20,000 nt of DNA from an uncultured virus (IMG/VR IMGVR_UViG_2630968639_000002) (IMGVR_UViG_2630968639_000002:53817-73816); one strand, 5' to 3'. Counted from the first letter of the stretch, positions 7,610-15,962 are shown. Notes: generated from the sequence alone by a model not told the origin. Made by a program: numbers and translations.

Positions 7610-7725
7610 GTTGAGGCCACTACTCCGATTGAATGTTTGCCCAACATGTTACATATCAACGCTCGCCGGTATCTCTGTGAATAGAACCTTAGAATTGATA
7701 AAAATGTAATGGCCTCAACGTTGTG
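7604..7725 (-). ncRNA. Long stem-loop 6 (20-bp stem, 82-nt loop), RNase III-like substrate
   Basis: cacaacgttgaggccactac / gtaatggcctcaacgttgtg; mismatch is G-U on the minus strand. Confidence 0.55.
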
Positions 7726-7801
7726 TGCTGGCTAACCATACCAGCCGGGCTACGTCGCCGCTTTTTAACCCAGTATAAACGACATAATTGAACAAAATGA
7801 C

Positions 7802-7880
7802 GTAACAGGATGGGCGGTCAGAGGCTAAGAATCCGGGAGTCATATGGAGTTGAAAATATACCGACCGCCCATTCTGTTAC
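7802..7880 (-). ncRNA. Long stem-loop 7 (18-bp stem, 43-nt loop with two ACTCC motifs on minus strand)
   Basis: gtaacaggatgggcggtc / gaccgcccattctgttac, 17/18 complementary; strand inferred from the operon (the mismatch is A-C on minus). Confidence 0.5.
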
Positions 7881-7886
7881 TTCATC

Positions 7887-7910
7887 GGAGGGAACACTCA
7901 TGTTCCCTCC
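7887..7910. repeat. Perfect 10-bp hairpin
   Basis: GGAGGGAACA-ctca-TGTTCCCTCC; no U-tract on either side. Confidence 0.6.
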
Positions 7911-8069
7911 TGCGTTCTGCAATCACACTCGCTCAGTGTGTCCCATTTCGGTAACGAGGCTGGAAACTGACCTCGCTGGTGTTTGGCTTATTAGGCTACT
8001 GCCAGATAGACTTCTTCGTTTGCACTTGTATTTAAGTTCAAACAGTCGCGTCTCAACGAAAACAAAGTC

Positions 8070-8098
8070 ATCTTATACATAAAAGATAAGTAAGTAAA
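8070..8098 (-). promoter_or_regulatory. Candidate sigma70 promoter of the ncRNA/tRNA unit, -35 inside the 20-bp operator at 8086-8105
   Basis: Minus strand TTTACT-N17-TAAGAT. Confidence 0.55.
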
Positions 8099-8115
8099 TA
8101 CTTATTGTTGTGTTT

Positions 8116-8406
8116 TTATTCGGTTGTGACTTTTTTGATCAAGGCCACTCTACGACTAGGTGTTCTTGTGATGGTGGCAGTGAATCGTTTCGCTTGGATA
8201 GTAATGGTTTCGTTCTCCTTAAGTTGCCCGTAGCGAGTTTCCACCAGGGTGCCAAGACGCCACAGACCATCATCGATACGTTTATGACTAGCAAATTTAA
8301 TCAGCAGCAGTTTTACGACTAACTGACCTACGTAAAAGGCGAATGCGACTCCGGCCGCTAAGAAATAGGTGGCCAACCACCAGTCCCAAGAAGTTAAATT
8401 GCTCAT
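8116..8406 (-). CDS. Hypothetical membrane protein, 96 aa
   Basis: N-terminal transmembrane segment; ATGA overlap with upstream ORF. Confidence 0.75.
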   Translation of the reverse strand: MSNLTSWDWWLATYFLAAGVAFAFYVGQLVVKLLLIKFASHKRIDDGLWRLGTLVETRYGQLKENETITIQAKRFTATITRTPSRRVALIKKVTTE

Positions 8407-8555
8407 TTTCTAACCTTTGTTTCATGAACTACCCGATACACACGCTTTCCGATGCACAGTGTTTTGGTTTTAAGTTCCTGCTTAATTAAATCACGACAGA
8501 TGCCGAAGCCGATAAGGAAGCCACCCATAAAAGCTAATGAGATGTATGGAATCAT
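8403..8555 (-). CDS. Small hypothetical membrane protein, 50 aa (not in ORF track)
   Basis: MIPYISLAFMGGFLIGFGICRDLIKQELKTK...; GGAG RBS; ATGA overlaps at both ends fill the gap exactly. Confidence 0.75.
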   Translation of the reverse strand: MIPYISLAFMGGFLIGFGICRDLIKQELKTKTLCIGKRVYRVVHETKVRK

Positions 8556-8767
8556 TTTAACGCTCCTGATTCTACTAATTGCTGTAGCAATACTTTCCCT
8601 TTATCAGTTAACTGGTAGTTGGCCGAACACCACGTTTCAGAAACGTTTGCAACCAACCCTAACCGCTCTAACTTAGCTCGCGTTTTAGGCTTCCAGTACT
8701 CAGGGAACTCCGGCCACTTACTTATTTCATGAAGCGTTTCTTTCTCCCGTTTACTTAATACGATCAT
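8552..8767 (-). CDS. Hypothetical protein, 71 aa (possible winged helix)
   Basis: ATGA overlap with ligase stop; LERLGLV...YQLTDKG pattern. Confidence 0.7.
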   Translation of the reverse strand: MIVLSKREKETLHEISKWPEFPEYWKPKTRAKLERLGLVANVSETWCSANYQLTDKGKVLLQQLVESGALK

Positions 8768-10086
8768 TCTTTATCTCCGATTCGATCTTCGGTATCGCGT
8801 AAGCAACGCGGCCATTTCAGTCGTGGGTGGCGTAAGCTGCCATCAGGTGTTTTCTCGTGACAATGAACCTCGACAATACGACCACGGTACTTCTCTTTGT
8901 TGTTCCAGATCTCGTCCAGATATTTATGCTTAATGCCACTCGCACGAACGATGACGCCGTTTTCAAGACGAATAACAATTTTTCCAAGCGTGTTGGCAAA
9001 ACCAGAGTCCGGGTCGCCCGGCTCAAAATCGATAATTTCACCATCTTCTGAATCTTCGTCTTTTAACTTCCACCAGCTGCGGGTACGTTTAAACTCGTAA
9101 ACAGAGTTCGGATCTTTGCCCATCTCCCCTTCTTCGTTATCGTCCAGGCGTTTCATGAAGCGTTCGATGAAGTCTTCGTGGCTATGGATGATGTAGAACG
9201 GATGTAGGTGAATGTCTTGCGCGTAGTCTTCACTGCGATCGTTTTTGAACAACGCCACGAGAATAGCCAGGCGCTCTTTCAGCTTCATACCTGTCTTTGC
9301 ATACTCTTTGGATTTAGCCTGTGCCCGCCATTCCGGTAGGAAGAAGTCGAAAACATGATAAATAGCGCCAATTGCCTGCACGTTCTTTTTGCGCAATGCA
9401 GATACGGACTGGTTAAATGAACCGGCTGTTCCTTCACCATCGAAGAAGATGTGTTTGTGGCCTGAAAGTTTGCCTAATTCGAGCATGGCTGGCTTTAGGT
9501 GATCGAGAGACGTGATTGGATTACCAGTACGAGAAAGGAAGTTCACCTCTTCCTCGTCAACAATAACCTCGCAAATTACTCGCAAACCATCGAGCTTAAG
9601 GCTGCCAATCATCGGCCATTTTGCTTTAGGATTTGGCTTGAAGGGGTATTTGTCGCCTTTTTCTTTATACGGTGACGCCAGCTGCACCTCAAATTTCGGA
9701 ATGGGATTTTCAAAAACCTTGTTGCATAGGCTAATCCCAACACCCGCTTTCGGGTCTTTTAAGAGGAAACGACGGAACACGTCCTGCCCATCGGCGCACA
9801 TTGACGCCACGATAGACTCAACAGCAGCTATTGCTGCGTTCCCCGTCAGCTCGCGAGAGGCCAGCTTATTCAGTATATCAATGGCTTTTTCGTCACTTGG
9901 GACGGACTCACTAAGCGGCTCTGCCACTTTGTATTTCTTTACCCCAAAACGGATGAAAGGGTTGAGCATCAATGAAACCATGCTTTGCTCGAAGTCATCC
10001 ATGTTGGCCAATGCCTCTTTTTTTGCATTGGTTCCCATAGCTTTCATTTCGTCCAGCTTATGCTTAAGTGCGATCAACTTTTTCAT
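8764..10086 (-). CDS. lig: ATP-dependent DNA ligase (phage type)
   Basis: Motif I KLDGLR, motif III FDGE, VFD, motif IV EGEMGK, motif V WWKLK, C-terminal LRHPR. Confidence 0.93.
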   Translation of the reverse strand: MKKLIALKHKLDEMKAMGTNAKKEALANMDDFEQSMVSLMLNPFIRFGVKKYKVAEPLSESVPSDEKAIDILNKLASRELTGNAAIAAVESIVASMCADGQDVFRRFLLKDPKAGVGISLCNKVFENPIPKFEVQLASPYKEKGDKYPFKPNPKAKWPMIGSLKLDGLRVICEVIVDEEEVNFLSRTGNPITSLDHLKPAMLELGKLSGHKHIFFDGEGTAGSFNQSVSALRKKNVQAIGAIYHVFDFFLPEWRAQAKSKEYAKTGMKLKERLAILVALFKNDRSEDYAQDIHLHPFYIIHSHEDFIERFMKRLDDNEEGEMGKDPNSVYEFKRTRSWWKLKDEDSEDGEIIDFEPGDPDSGFANTLGKIVIRLENGVIVRASGIKHKYLDEIWNNKEKYRGRIVEVHCHEKTPDGSLRHPRLKWPRCLRDTEDRIGDKE

Positions 10087-10565
10087 TGTTGTTTTGCCTC
10101 CATATGTTGATCGATTTGCTCATGTGTTTCTTTTGTTGTTTCTTCAAGCAACGCCGCATACACGTCAGTGATCGCTGTTTGTGATGTGGTGCTCTTCTTA
10201 ACCATGCTATTAATCGTTACACTGTCACGTTTTCGTTTTATAGTTCTGGCTTGTTTATTCCGTTCTTCAACCTCCTTAATGAGCGTGGTCATATCTTCGA
10301 AATACAGAGATTCTCCTTTACGAATCTCTTCAACCATCATTTTTAACGCCTTGCATTTGCCTGCTTTAATAGCGGTTGCGCACGACTGGAAAGAAGTTCG
10401 AGGAAGACGGTTTTCTTTGAAGGCAAGAATGGTGTGCTGGCAAACGGAATAGCTGCAATATGCCGACTCACCGTTTATCTTTACTTCCTCACAACGAAGT
10501 GAATAACCGTTATTTCCTGAAATAGAAGGGATTTTTGACAAATCAGCTTTCACAACTACCGCCAT
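10083..10565 (-). CDS. Hypothetical Cys-containing protein, 160 aa
   Basis: Coupled to ligase by ATGA overlap; no recognised family. Confidence 0.7.
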   Translation of the reverse strand: MAVVVKADLSKIPSISGNNGYSLRCEEVKINGESAYCSYSVCQHTILAFKENRLPRTSFQSCATAIKAGKCKALKMMVEEIRKGESLYFEDMTTLIKEVEERNKQARTIKRKRDSVTINSMVKKSTTSQTAITDVYAALLEETTKETHEQIDQHMEAKQQ

Positions 10566-10620
10566 AAATAATCTTGTACTTACCTATCGTTATTTGCGTA
10601 AAAAACGACGCGCGGAGAGA

Positions 10621-11397
10621 TTACCAACTTCCCCAGCTAACCATCTTGCGCTGATTGCTTTCTAAGCGATAGGGGACAAGAAGCTCTGTGACATGATTGG
10701 TGGCGTATGATTTGGCCTCTTGCTCTATCATCGGTAATTCGTTAGCAATCCTGACCACCTTCCAAGCAAATTCCGCCATTACGCCATCACATGCCTTCCC
10801 AGCATCAATAACGATATGCACCAGATCCAACTGGCTTTTGCACATGTCGCAAAGAGACGCATACTCACTCTCTCTGATTACATTTACGGCATCATTAGCC
10901 CCTTTATTAAGCAAGACTTCCAACAGGTTTTTCGGGGTAACGAAATCTGCTTTCAGAGATAATGTCTTTTCACCACTTATCGAACGCAAGTACTCTTCGT
11001 AGTTATTCTTCATCAAACCGCTGCTGCGCATTGCTAGAACTGCTTCTTGAATGGCCGCTTCAATAGTTTCGTCGTTTGAAAGACAAAAAACGGTATTTGT
11101 GTAGATCACTTTGCCATCCATCCATGCACCAACCTGCACTTTAAGACTGAGCGGGTTTTCTTTGCTAATAAAAACAACTAATGCAGAACGCCGTGCACAA
11201 GAAGGTTCACCCCATACGTGTAACTCAACTTTCAGATAAGGTAGCCCTGGTAGCGGGATCTCAACCAAACGAGTGGCGATATGATCCATTGCTGTTTTTA
11301 CCGCTTTTTCAATGATGTCTAGTCGATTGCTCTCGCTGATTTCTAAACCAGTTTTATCAATGATGTCGCAGGCTAATTTCTGAATTTCGTCTTTCAT
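10621..11397 (-). CDS. Hypothetical protein, 258 aa
   Basis: Long ORF with AGGAG RBS. Confidence 0.75.
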   Translation of the reverse strand: MKDEIQKLACDIIDKTGLEISESNRLDIIEKAVKTAMDHIATRLVEIPLPGLPYLKVELHVWGEPSCARRSALVVFISKENPLSLKVQVGAWMDGKVIYTNTVFCLSNDETIEAAIQEAVLAMRSSGLMKNNYEEYLRSISGEKTLSLKADFVTPKNLLEVLLNKGANDAVNVIRESEYASLCDMCKSQLDLVHIVIDAGKACDGVMAEFAWKVVRIANELPMIEQEAKSYATNHVTELLVPYRLESNQRKMVSWGSW

Positions 11398-11472
11398 ACC
11401 AACTCCTAGCTAACAGATGAAAGTATTCTTACAGAAAGATAAGTAATCATCTACTTATTTTAGCGGCACTTG

Positions 11473-12588
11473 TTACGATAGCGCCTTAATGCCCAAAACC
11501 TTGCTTTGCAACTCCAACTGTTTGGTATACGGTTTTGCCCGATAATAGGCTTTGATAACTTGTTCTGGCGTTGCATCGCCTGGGTCGAGTCCTTCCTCGC
11601 CCAAACATGCTACTTTGACATTAAGACCAATACTGGTCAGTCGCCTGGCTGCGGCCATAGTGTTGCGTATAGCTTGCTTTTCACTATCCCACATCATGAT
11701 CACATTACGTAATCCACGCGCCTTGAGCGTCAGGAACGCGCCCAACTGATCTTCTGCATCCTGAGTGGTGTTACCAGATAGATGCATCCCGAACGTTCCT
11801 ATCGGTTCCACGTAATCACGTAATGTTTCTTCATCAAAAATAGCTCGTTTAACTCCCATAACATCGAACGCCCCCTCACAGACAACTACAGTCTGTTTGC
11901 CGACCGCATTATGGCCGTTGTAGAGAAACTTACCTGAAGCTGGAAGCTGCATAGGAAAGAGGTAGCGACGTTCAGCTGTACCGGTAATGTCTCGCCCCTG
12001 AAATGTCTTCATTACCCCATCCAGATCGTAAACCGGTATCAGTATTCGCATATCGAATATCTGTCCTTTAACCTGATCTGTATACGGATCTACATAAGCG
12101 TGCTTGCCTTCGACGCAGTATCGTAGGTCAAAATACTTTGCCATTTCAGGTGATATGTTTCGTTCAACCAGATAGTCTGGAAGACGGCCATCTATAGGAA
12201 GCTCGTAATGACGAGGGAGTGCAACTGGCCCCTCTAACTCGACTGTGCTTGCAAGCACTAGCTCTTCTTTCTTTGGTGCCCACCCCTGGGAAAGAAGGGC
12301 GTTCTGCACATATTCCTCGAACTGTCGTCGTGATTTGCCGCTGTAGTGCTTGAGGAAGACCAGCTTATTGAACTGAATCTCTTCGGGATGATCACCAGCG
12401 AAGCATTTACCGACGCCACTGGTCAGATTGAAATATACCTTCCAGTTGGAGCTGCCGCATACCGGACACTCTTTGATATTCACTTCACGACCGCGAGCAC
12501 TCACGCCTCCACGTCGATAAACGATACCTTCAGTATCCAACCATTGTTCAAAATCTAATTCGGCAATTAGCTCTTTCAGCTCGCTCAC
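11473..12588 (-). CDS. DNA primase (zinc ribbon + TOPRIM); probable GTG start at 12588
   Basis: CPVC zinc motif, FQGR, VCEGAFD, WDSE, LDPGD; adjacent to helicase. The ORF-track extension to 12726 runs through hairpins and is probably non-coding. Confidence 0.85.
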   Translation of the reverse strand: MSELKELIAELDFEQWLDTEGIVYRRGGVSARGREVNIKECPVCGSSNWKVYFNLTSGVGKCFAGDHPEEIQFNKLVFLKHYSGKSRRQFEEYVQNALLSQGWAPKKEELVLASTVELEGPVALPRHYELPIDGRLPDYLVERNISPEMAKYFDLRYCVEGKHAYVDPYTDQVKGQIFDMRILIPVYDLDGVMKTFQGRDITGTAERRYLFPMQLPASGKFLYNGHNAVGKQTVVVCEGAFDVMGVKRAIFDEETLRDYVEPIGTFGMHLSGNTTQDAEDQLGAFLTLKARGLRNVIMMWDSEKQAIRNTMAAARRLTSIGLNVKVACLGEEGLDPGDATPEQVIKAYYRAKPYTKQLELQSKVLGIKALS

Positions 12589-12705
12589 GATAATTCCACT
12601 TTTAACAGGCAATATTGTGACCAACCTAAATGTTGATATAACATAAAGGCTCATGTGTTTTTCTTTTGTGGTTTGGCAAAAGAAAAGTTGTTTCACCAAT
12701 GAATC

Positions 12706-12737
12706 AAGCGTGGAGGTGTTCTCCACGCTTATTTTTT
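12706..12737 (+). terminator. Plus-strand intrinsic terminator between helicase and primase
   Basis: AAGCGTGGAG-gtgtt-CTCCACGCTT followed by ATTTTTT. Confidence 0.65.
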
Positions 12738-14076
12738 AGGTAACGTCTAAGATTCGCTCAATGAAGCGCATTTGTTCGAGGTTTTGTTTAACGCGAATGC
12801 TGATCCCTCCCTGCTGGTTACGCGAACCAGCAAAGTAGAGACGAGCCTCTCCTTTCGCTTCTTCTTCTTCGGTTTTGTTGATCGTTATTACCAGGTCAGC
12901 AATACGTACTTTTTCGATGTTGTCGGCAGCGTGCATCATTGTGGCAACTTCTGACGCGCCACCTTCACGGTTTGTTTGCGATGCTGTGATACCAGCAACG
13001 TTGTGTTTGTCATAAAGAGCACGTAAGTCGGTATAGATACTACGTATGTTGGCGCGATCATCACGAAGGTCATAACTGGCACGCATCAAATCTGCATAGT
13101 CGACAACAACCATGTCAGGCACCATGCCATTGGCTTTCATGCTGTTAAGCATACGATCCAGATCTGCCGGTGACATACTTCCTGACGGACGCTCAACCAC
13201 CCACAAACTACCAATCCCCTTCGTGGCTCCCAACTCTGCCAACTTACGATGAACCTCATCGCGCCGTTCCACCAGCTTGGACATTTCTGTCTCCGACAAT
13301 CTTGCATCAAAACGGTCGGATAAAATGGTGGTGTGAACCTCCAGCGAGAGATACAGAACATTGTAGCCGGCAAGTGTTGCGTTTATGGAAAACTCACCCA
13401 TTGCGGTCGATTTACCGGATTTAGCGAACCCCATGAAGAGCACCATTTCACGCTTCGCCCAGCCTTTTTGGTACAGCAACCTATCGAGCAGAGGGAGTCC
13501 AGTTGTAATGCTGTTTGGCACATACTCCTCTGAAGCCTCATATTCACGCGCTTTCAATCGCTCACTTGCGGAGGTGTAGTAGTCATAGATTCCGGTCGCT
13601 TCGTTCGATCCAATCTGCTGAACCTTGGCCATGATTGCCATCGCCCCCTGAAAGTCGCCCTTCTCTTTCAGTTCAGCAGCCTTAATCAGAGCATCATCAA
13701 ACGCTACGCTTTTTGCGAAGGTTGATACCTGGTCAACCATGTACGAGGTATCAGACAATTTTTCTGCAAGGATGCGCTTAAACGCAGCAACAACATCGGC
13801 GAATAGTTCCTCACGGATAGTCTTATCGCGTTTCGCACGCTTAAGCATATCCAGAATCGCAGATGAAGAGGGCGCGCTCTTGTACATACGGTAATAGCCC
13901 GAAACCATATTAACCAATATGGCATTGGCCGCATTGGCAAATTGGCTAGGTACAACCAGATCTCCAGCACGAGTAAGAAACTCGTGATCACGACAAAAAT
14001 AGGCCGTCAATCTGTTCTGAAAATCTTCATCAAACTCTTCGGACAGCCCGCGTCCTGTATGGCAAAGTTCGGTCAT
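12736..14076 (-). CDS. Replicative DnaB-like (SF4) helicase
   Basis: Walker A GFAKSGKS, LSLE, Walker B VVVDYAD, ASQTNR. Confidence 0.92.
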   Translation of the reverse strand: MTELCHTGRGLSEEFDEDFQNRLTAYFCRDHEFLTRAGDLVVPSQFANAANAILVNMVSGYYRMYKSAPSSSAILDMLKRAKRDKTIREELFADVVAAFKRILAEKLSDTSYMVDQVSTFAKSVAFDDALIKAAELKEKGDFQGAMAIMAKVQQIGSNEATGIYDYYTSASERLKAREYEASEEYVPNSITTGLPLLDRLLYQKGWAKREMVLFMGFAKSGKSTAMGEFSINATLAGYNVLYLSLEVHTTILSDRFDARLSETEMSKLVERRDEVHRKLAELGATKGIGSLWVVERPSGSMSPADLDRMLNSMKANGMVPDMVVVDYADLMRASYDLRDDRANIRSIYTDLRALYDKHNVAGITASQTNREGGASEVATMMHAADNIEKVRIADLVITINKTEEEEAKGEARLYFAGSRNQQGGISIRVKQNLEQMRFIERILDVT

Positions 14077-14119
14077 GTGCTTTCCTTTGTTTTTTAAACA
14101 AATTGTTTTCTAGTATTAG

Positions 14120-14869
14120 TTAATTAGATAGGGGATCAATAAACCGCCGTGCTTCTTCCAGTTCTTCTGGAAAGTGGGCGGAAATAAGGCGCTCTGGAAC
14201 GATTTCCATTAGCCAGATAGCGGAGAAAATTGCGCGTATGCGCTTGCTGCGGGGGATGGTGCGTAAACGCTCCAGAATCCACTCAAAATAGCTTTCCTGA
14301 ATCGGGTTGAACTGCATGTCTCCCATATGCTTAAAGCTAACGAGAGAGTCATCCAGACGGGTTGTTGCGCGTCTGGCTAATTTCTCTTCGAATATCTCAA
14401 TCAGCTCTGGCTGCCACAAATGCTGTGGGCGCGGCAGCTTGTCCCACAGCCGTCGTGCAGCTGCGGAAAGAACGGTGGAGATAAAGTAGTCGTATGAGCA
14501 GCAATAGCGATCCGCAAACTGGCGTGCTTTCCATAGCGACGTTTTATTGGCAGTCGACAACTCCTGATAAGGCAGGCGTTTTAACCCGGTGGTGAACGGA
14601 GCTGTTTCAAAGTGTTCGCGACCGTGCGTCAGCATGATATTTGAGTACTGACGTTTGTATGCCTCCGTAAAAAGACAGGTGGCCATGAGAGGATGCATGT
14701 CGCGGTAATCAAACCACTTCGTCTCGAAGAGTTCAGCCTCGTCTTTACAGCGCGACAAACCAATGTTTTCAGCGACCCACTTGTCCATAACAGCGGTATT
14801 CCACTCTGTCATGAAGTCGTACTGGTCGTTGTCGATGGTATCGAAAAAGATTTGGCTCATGTGGCTCAC
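14120..14869 (-). CDS. Hypothetical protein heading the replication block (start 14869 or 14860)
   Basis: 249 aa ORF directly upstream of the helicase; function unknown. Confidence 0.7.
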   Translation of the reverse strand: MSHMSQIFFDTIDNDQYDFMTEWNTAVMDKWVAENIGLSRCKDEAELFETKWFDYRDMHPLMATCLFTEAYKRQYSNIMLTHGREHFETAPFTTGLKRLPYQELSTANKTSLWKARQFADRYCCSYDYFISTVLSAAARRLWDKLPRPQHLWQPELIEIFEEKLARRATTRLDDSLVSFKHMGDMQFNPIQESYFEWILERLRTIPRSKRIRAIFSAIWLMEIVPERLISAHFPEELEEARRFIDPLSN

Positions 14870-14976
14870 CTGGTAGGTAGTTACTTACTTATCACAATGA
14901 GCGGATGATAGCGACTGGTGGCAGTTTTTGGAAGTGGAAACGGAAGGGAGTTGTTCTGGTGGTGTCTTTTAAAAGA

Positions 14977-15031
14977 CCTGCTTCCGTATATATTTAATAA
15001 GTTACTTATTATTTATATATACAGAAGCAGG
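14977..15031. repeat. 55-bp imperfect palindrome with AT-rich core
   Basis: CCTGCTTCCGTATATAT...ATAAGTTACTTAT...ATATATACAGAAGCAGG. Confidence 0.6.
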
Positions 15032-15142
15032 CATAACTTGTCGTCTTAGACGCCCAGAAGCTCTACACTTTGAGCCTGTTAAATTGATTAAAAACTTATG
15101 TGTAAAATAGAACGCATTAGTCAGTAGCAAAGAGATGCAATA

Positions 15143-15910
15143 ATGGACGATTTATCGGTATACGCGAGATCATTGGATAAGGCTAAATACTATGTTTACT
15201 GTCTCTATGATACAGAAGACAAGATGAAAAGACCGTTTTACATAGGAAAAGGCAAATCGACTCGTTGTCTCGATCACATCAAGTATCCCGATGACTCTCC
15301 CAAATCCATGCGGATCAAAGAACTTTTGGCTAATAAAAAATTAGGCATAGATATACTTCGTCATGGTATGGATGAAACCACAGCCAAACTTGTTGAGGCG
15401 ACATGCATCGACCTTATGGGGGTCGGAGAGCTTACGAATAAGGTACGAGGAAGTGGTTCCATGATGGGCAGAATATCACTGGACGCCTACCATCACTTAG
15501 TGCTGCAAGAGGAAACTGAAATTGCTCCTGAGCACGCCGGTCTTGCCTTCCTGCTAAACAGCACCTACAAGTCAGGAATGTCCGCTCTGGCATTATATGA
15601 AGCTACGCGTGGCGTATGGGCAAAGGTTCCAAGAGACGAGAATCTCAAATATGCCTACGCTACATATGGTGGGCTGATAATGGAAGTTTATCAGATTGAA
15701 TGCTGGGTCAAAGCCGGTTCTCAGCAGTACTTTACAAGGGATATAGCTCTTGGCCCCGACACAAAACGTTATGAATTTGTTGGCAGAATAGCCGATGAGC
15801 ATATTAGAAAACTGTATGTAGGCAAATTAATCAAGAAGCCACCAAGCTACGGTAGCCCTTTTGTGAAGGTTGGGGTGGTTAGGACTGAACATAGTGTTAG
15901 CGCGGCATAA
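15143..15910 (+). CDS. GIY-YIG nuclease-domain protein (LEM-3-like)
   Basis: YYVYCLYD...PFYIGKG..R..DH, E...LVEA..ID, LTN motifs. Confidence 0.8.
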   Translation: MDDLSVYARSLDKAKYYVYCLYDTEDKMKRPFYIGKGKSTRCLDHIKYPDDSPKSMRIKELLANKKLGIDILRHGMDETTAKLVEATCIDLMGVGELTNKVRGSGSMMGRISLDAYHHLVLQEETEIAPEHAGLAFLLNSTYKSGMSALALYEATRGVWAKVPRDENLKYAYATYGGLIMEVYQIECWVKAGSQQYFTRDIALGPDTKRYEFVGRIADEHIRKLYVGKLIKKPPSYGSPFVKVGVVRTEHSVSAA

Positions 15911-15926
15911 AGCTGACACTGTAGTT

Positions 15927-15957
15927 ATGCATTGGCGCAATGTACGCGCCAATGCAT
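15927..15957. terminator. 12-bp hairpin between convergent genes
   Basis: ATGCATTGGCGC-aatgtac-GCGCCAATGCAT. Confidence 0.6.
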
Positions 15958-15962
15958 GATTT

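Noticed and set aside
6703..8082. Short ORFs of 60-90 aa listed in the track across the tRNA/stem region
   Set aside because: They overlap tRNAs and long inverted repeats, lack RBSs and have no protein-like motifs.
8706..8725. Operator-like half-sites (ACTTACTTAT here; CTTACCTAT at 2948-2956)
   Set aside because: Only one half matches and the first lies within a coding region, so they were not counted among the operators.
9512..10171. 219-aa plus-strand ORF and other antisense ORFs (e.g. 1356-1739, 15988-16419, 17407-17853)
   Set aside because: Shadow frames of well-supported genes on the opposite strand.
11399..11406. Complementarity between loop seed CAACTCC (stem 7802-7880) and the RBS of ORF 10621-11397
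   Set aside because: Only 7-8 bp centred on a generic GGAG, which is expected by chance.
12589..12726. N-terminal extension of the primase ORF
   Set aside because: It crosses two hairpins and a candidate antisense unit; GTG at 12588 with an upstream GGA is a more plausible start.
14977..15031. Palindrome read as a protelomerase (telRL) or dif site
   Set aside because: Imperfect symmetry, no protelomerase gene in the window, and no match to XerC/XerD arms.
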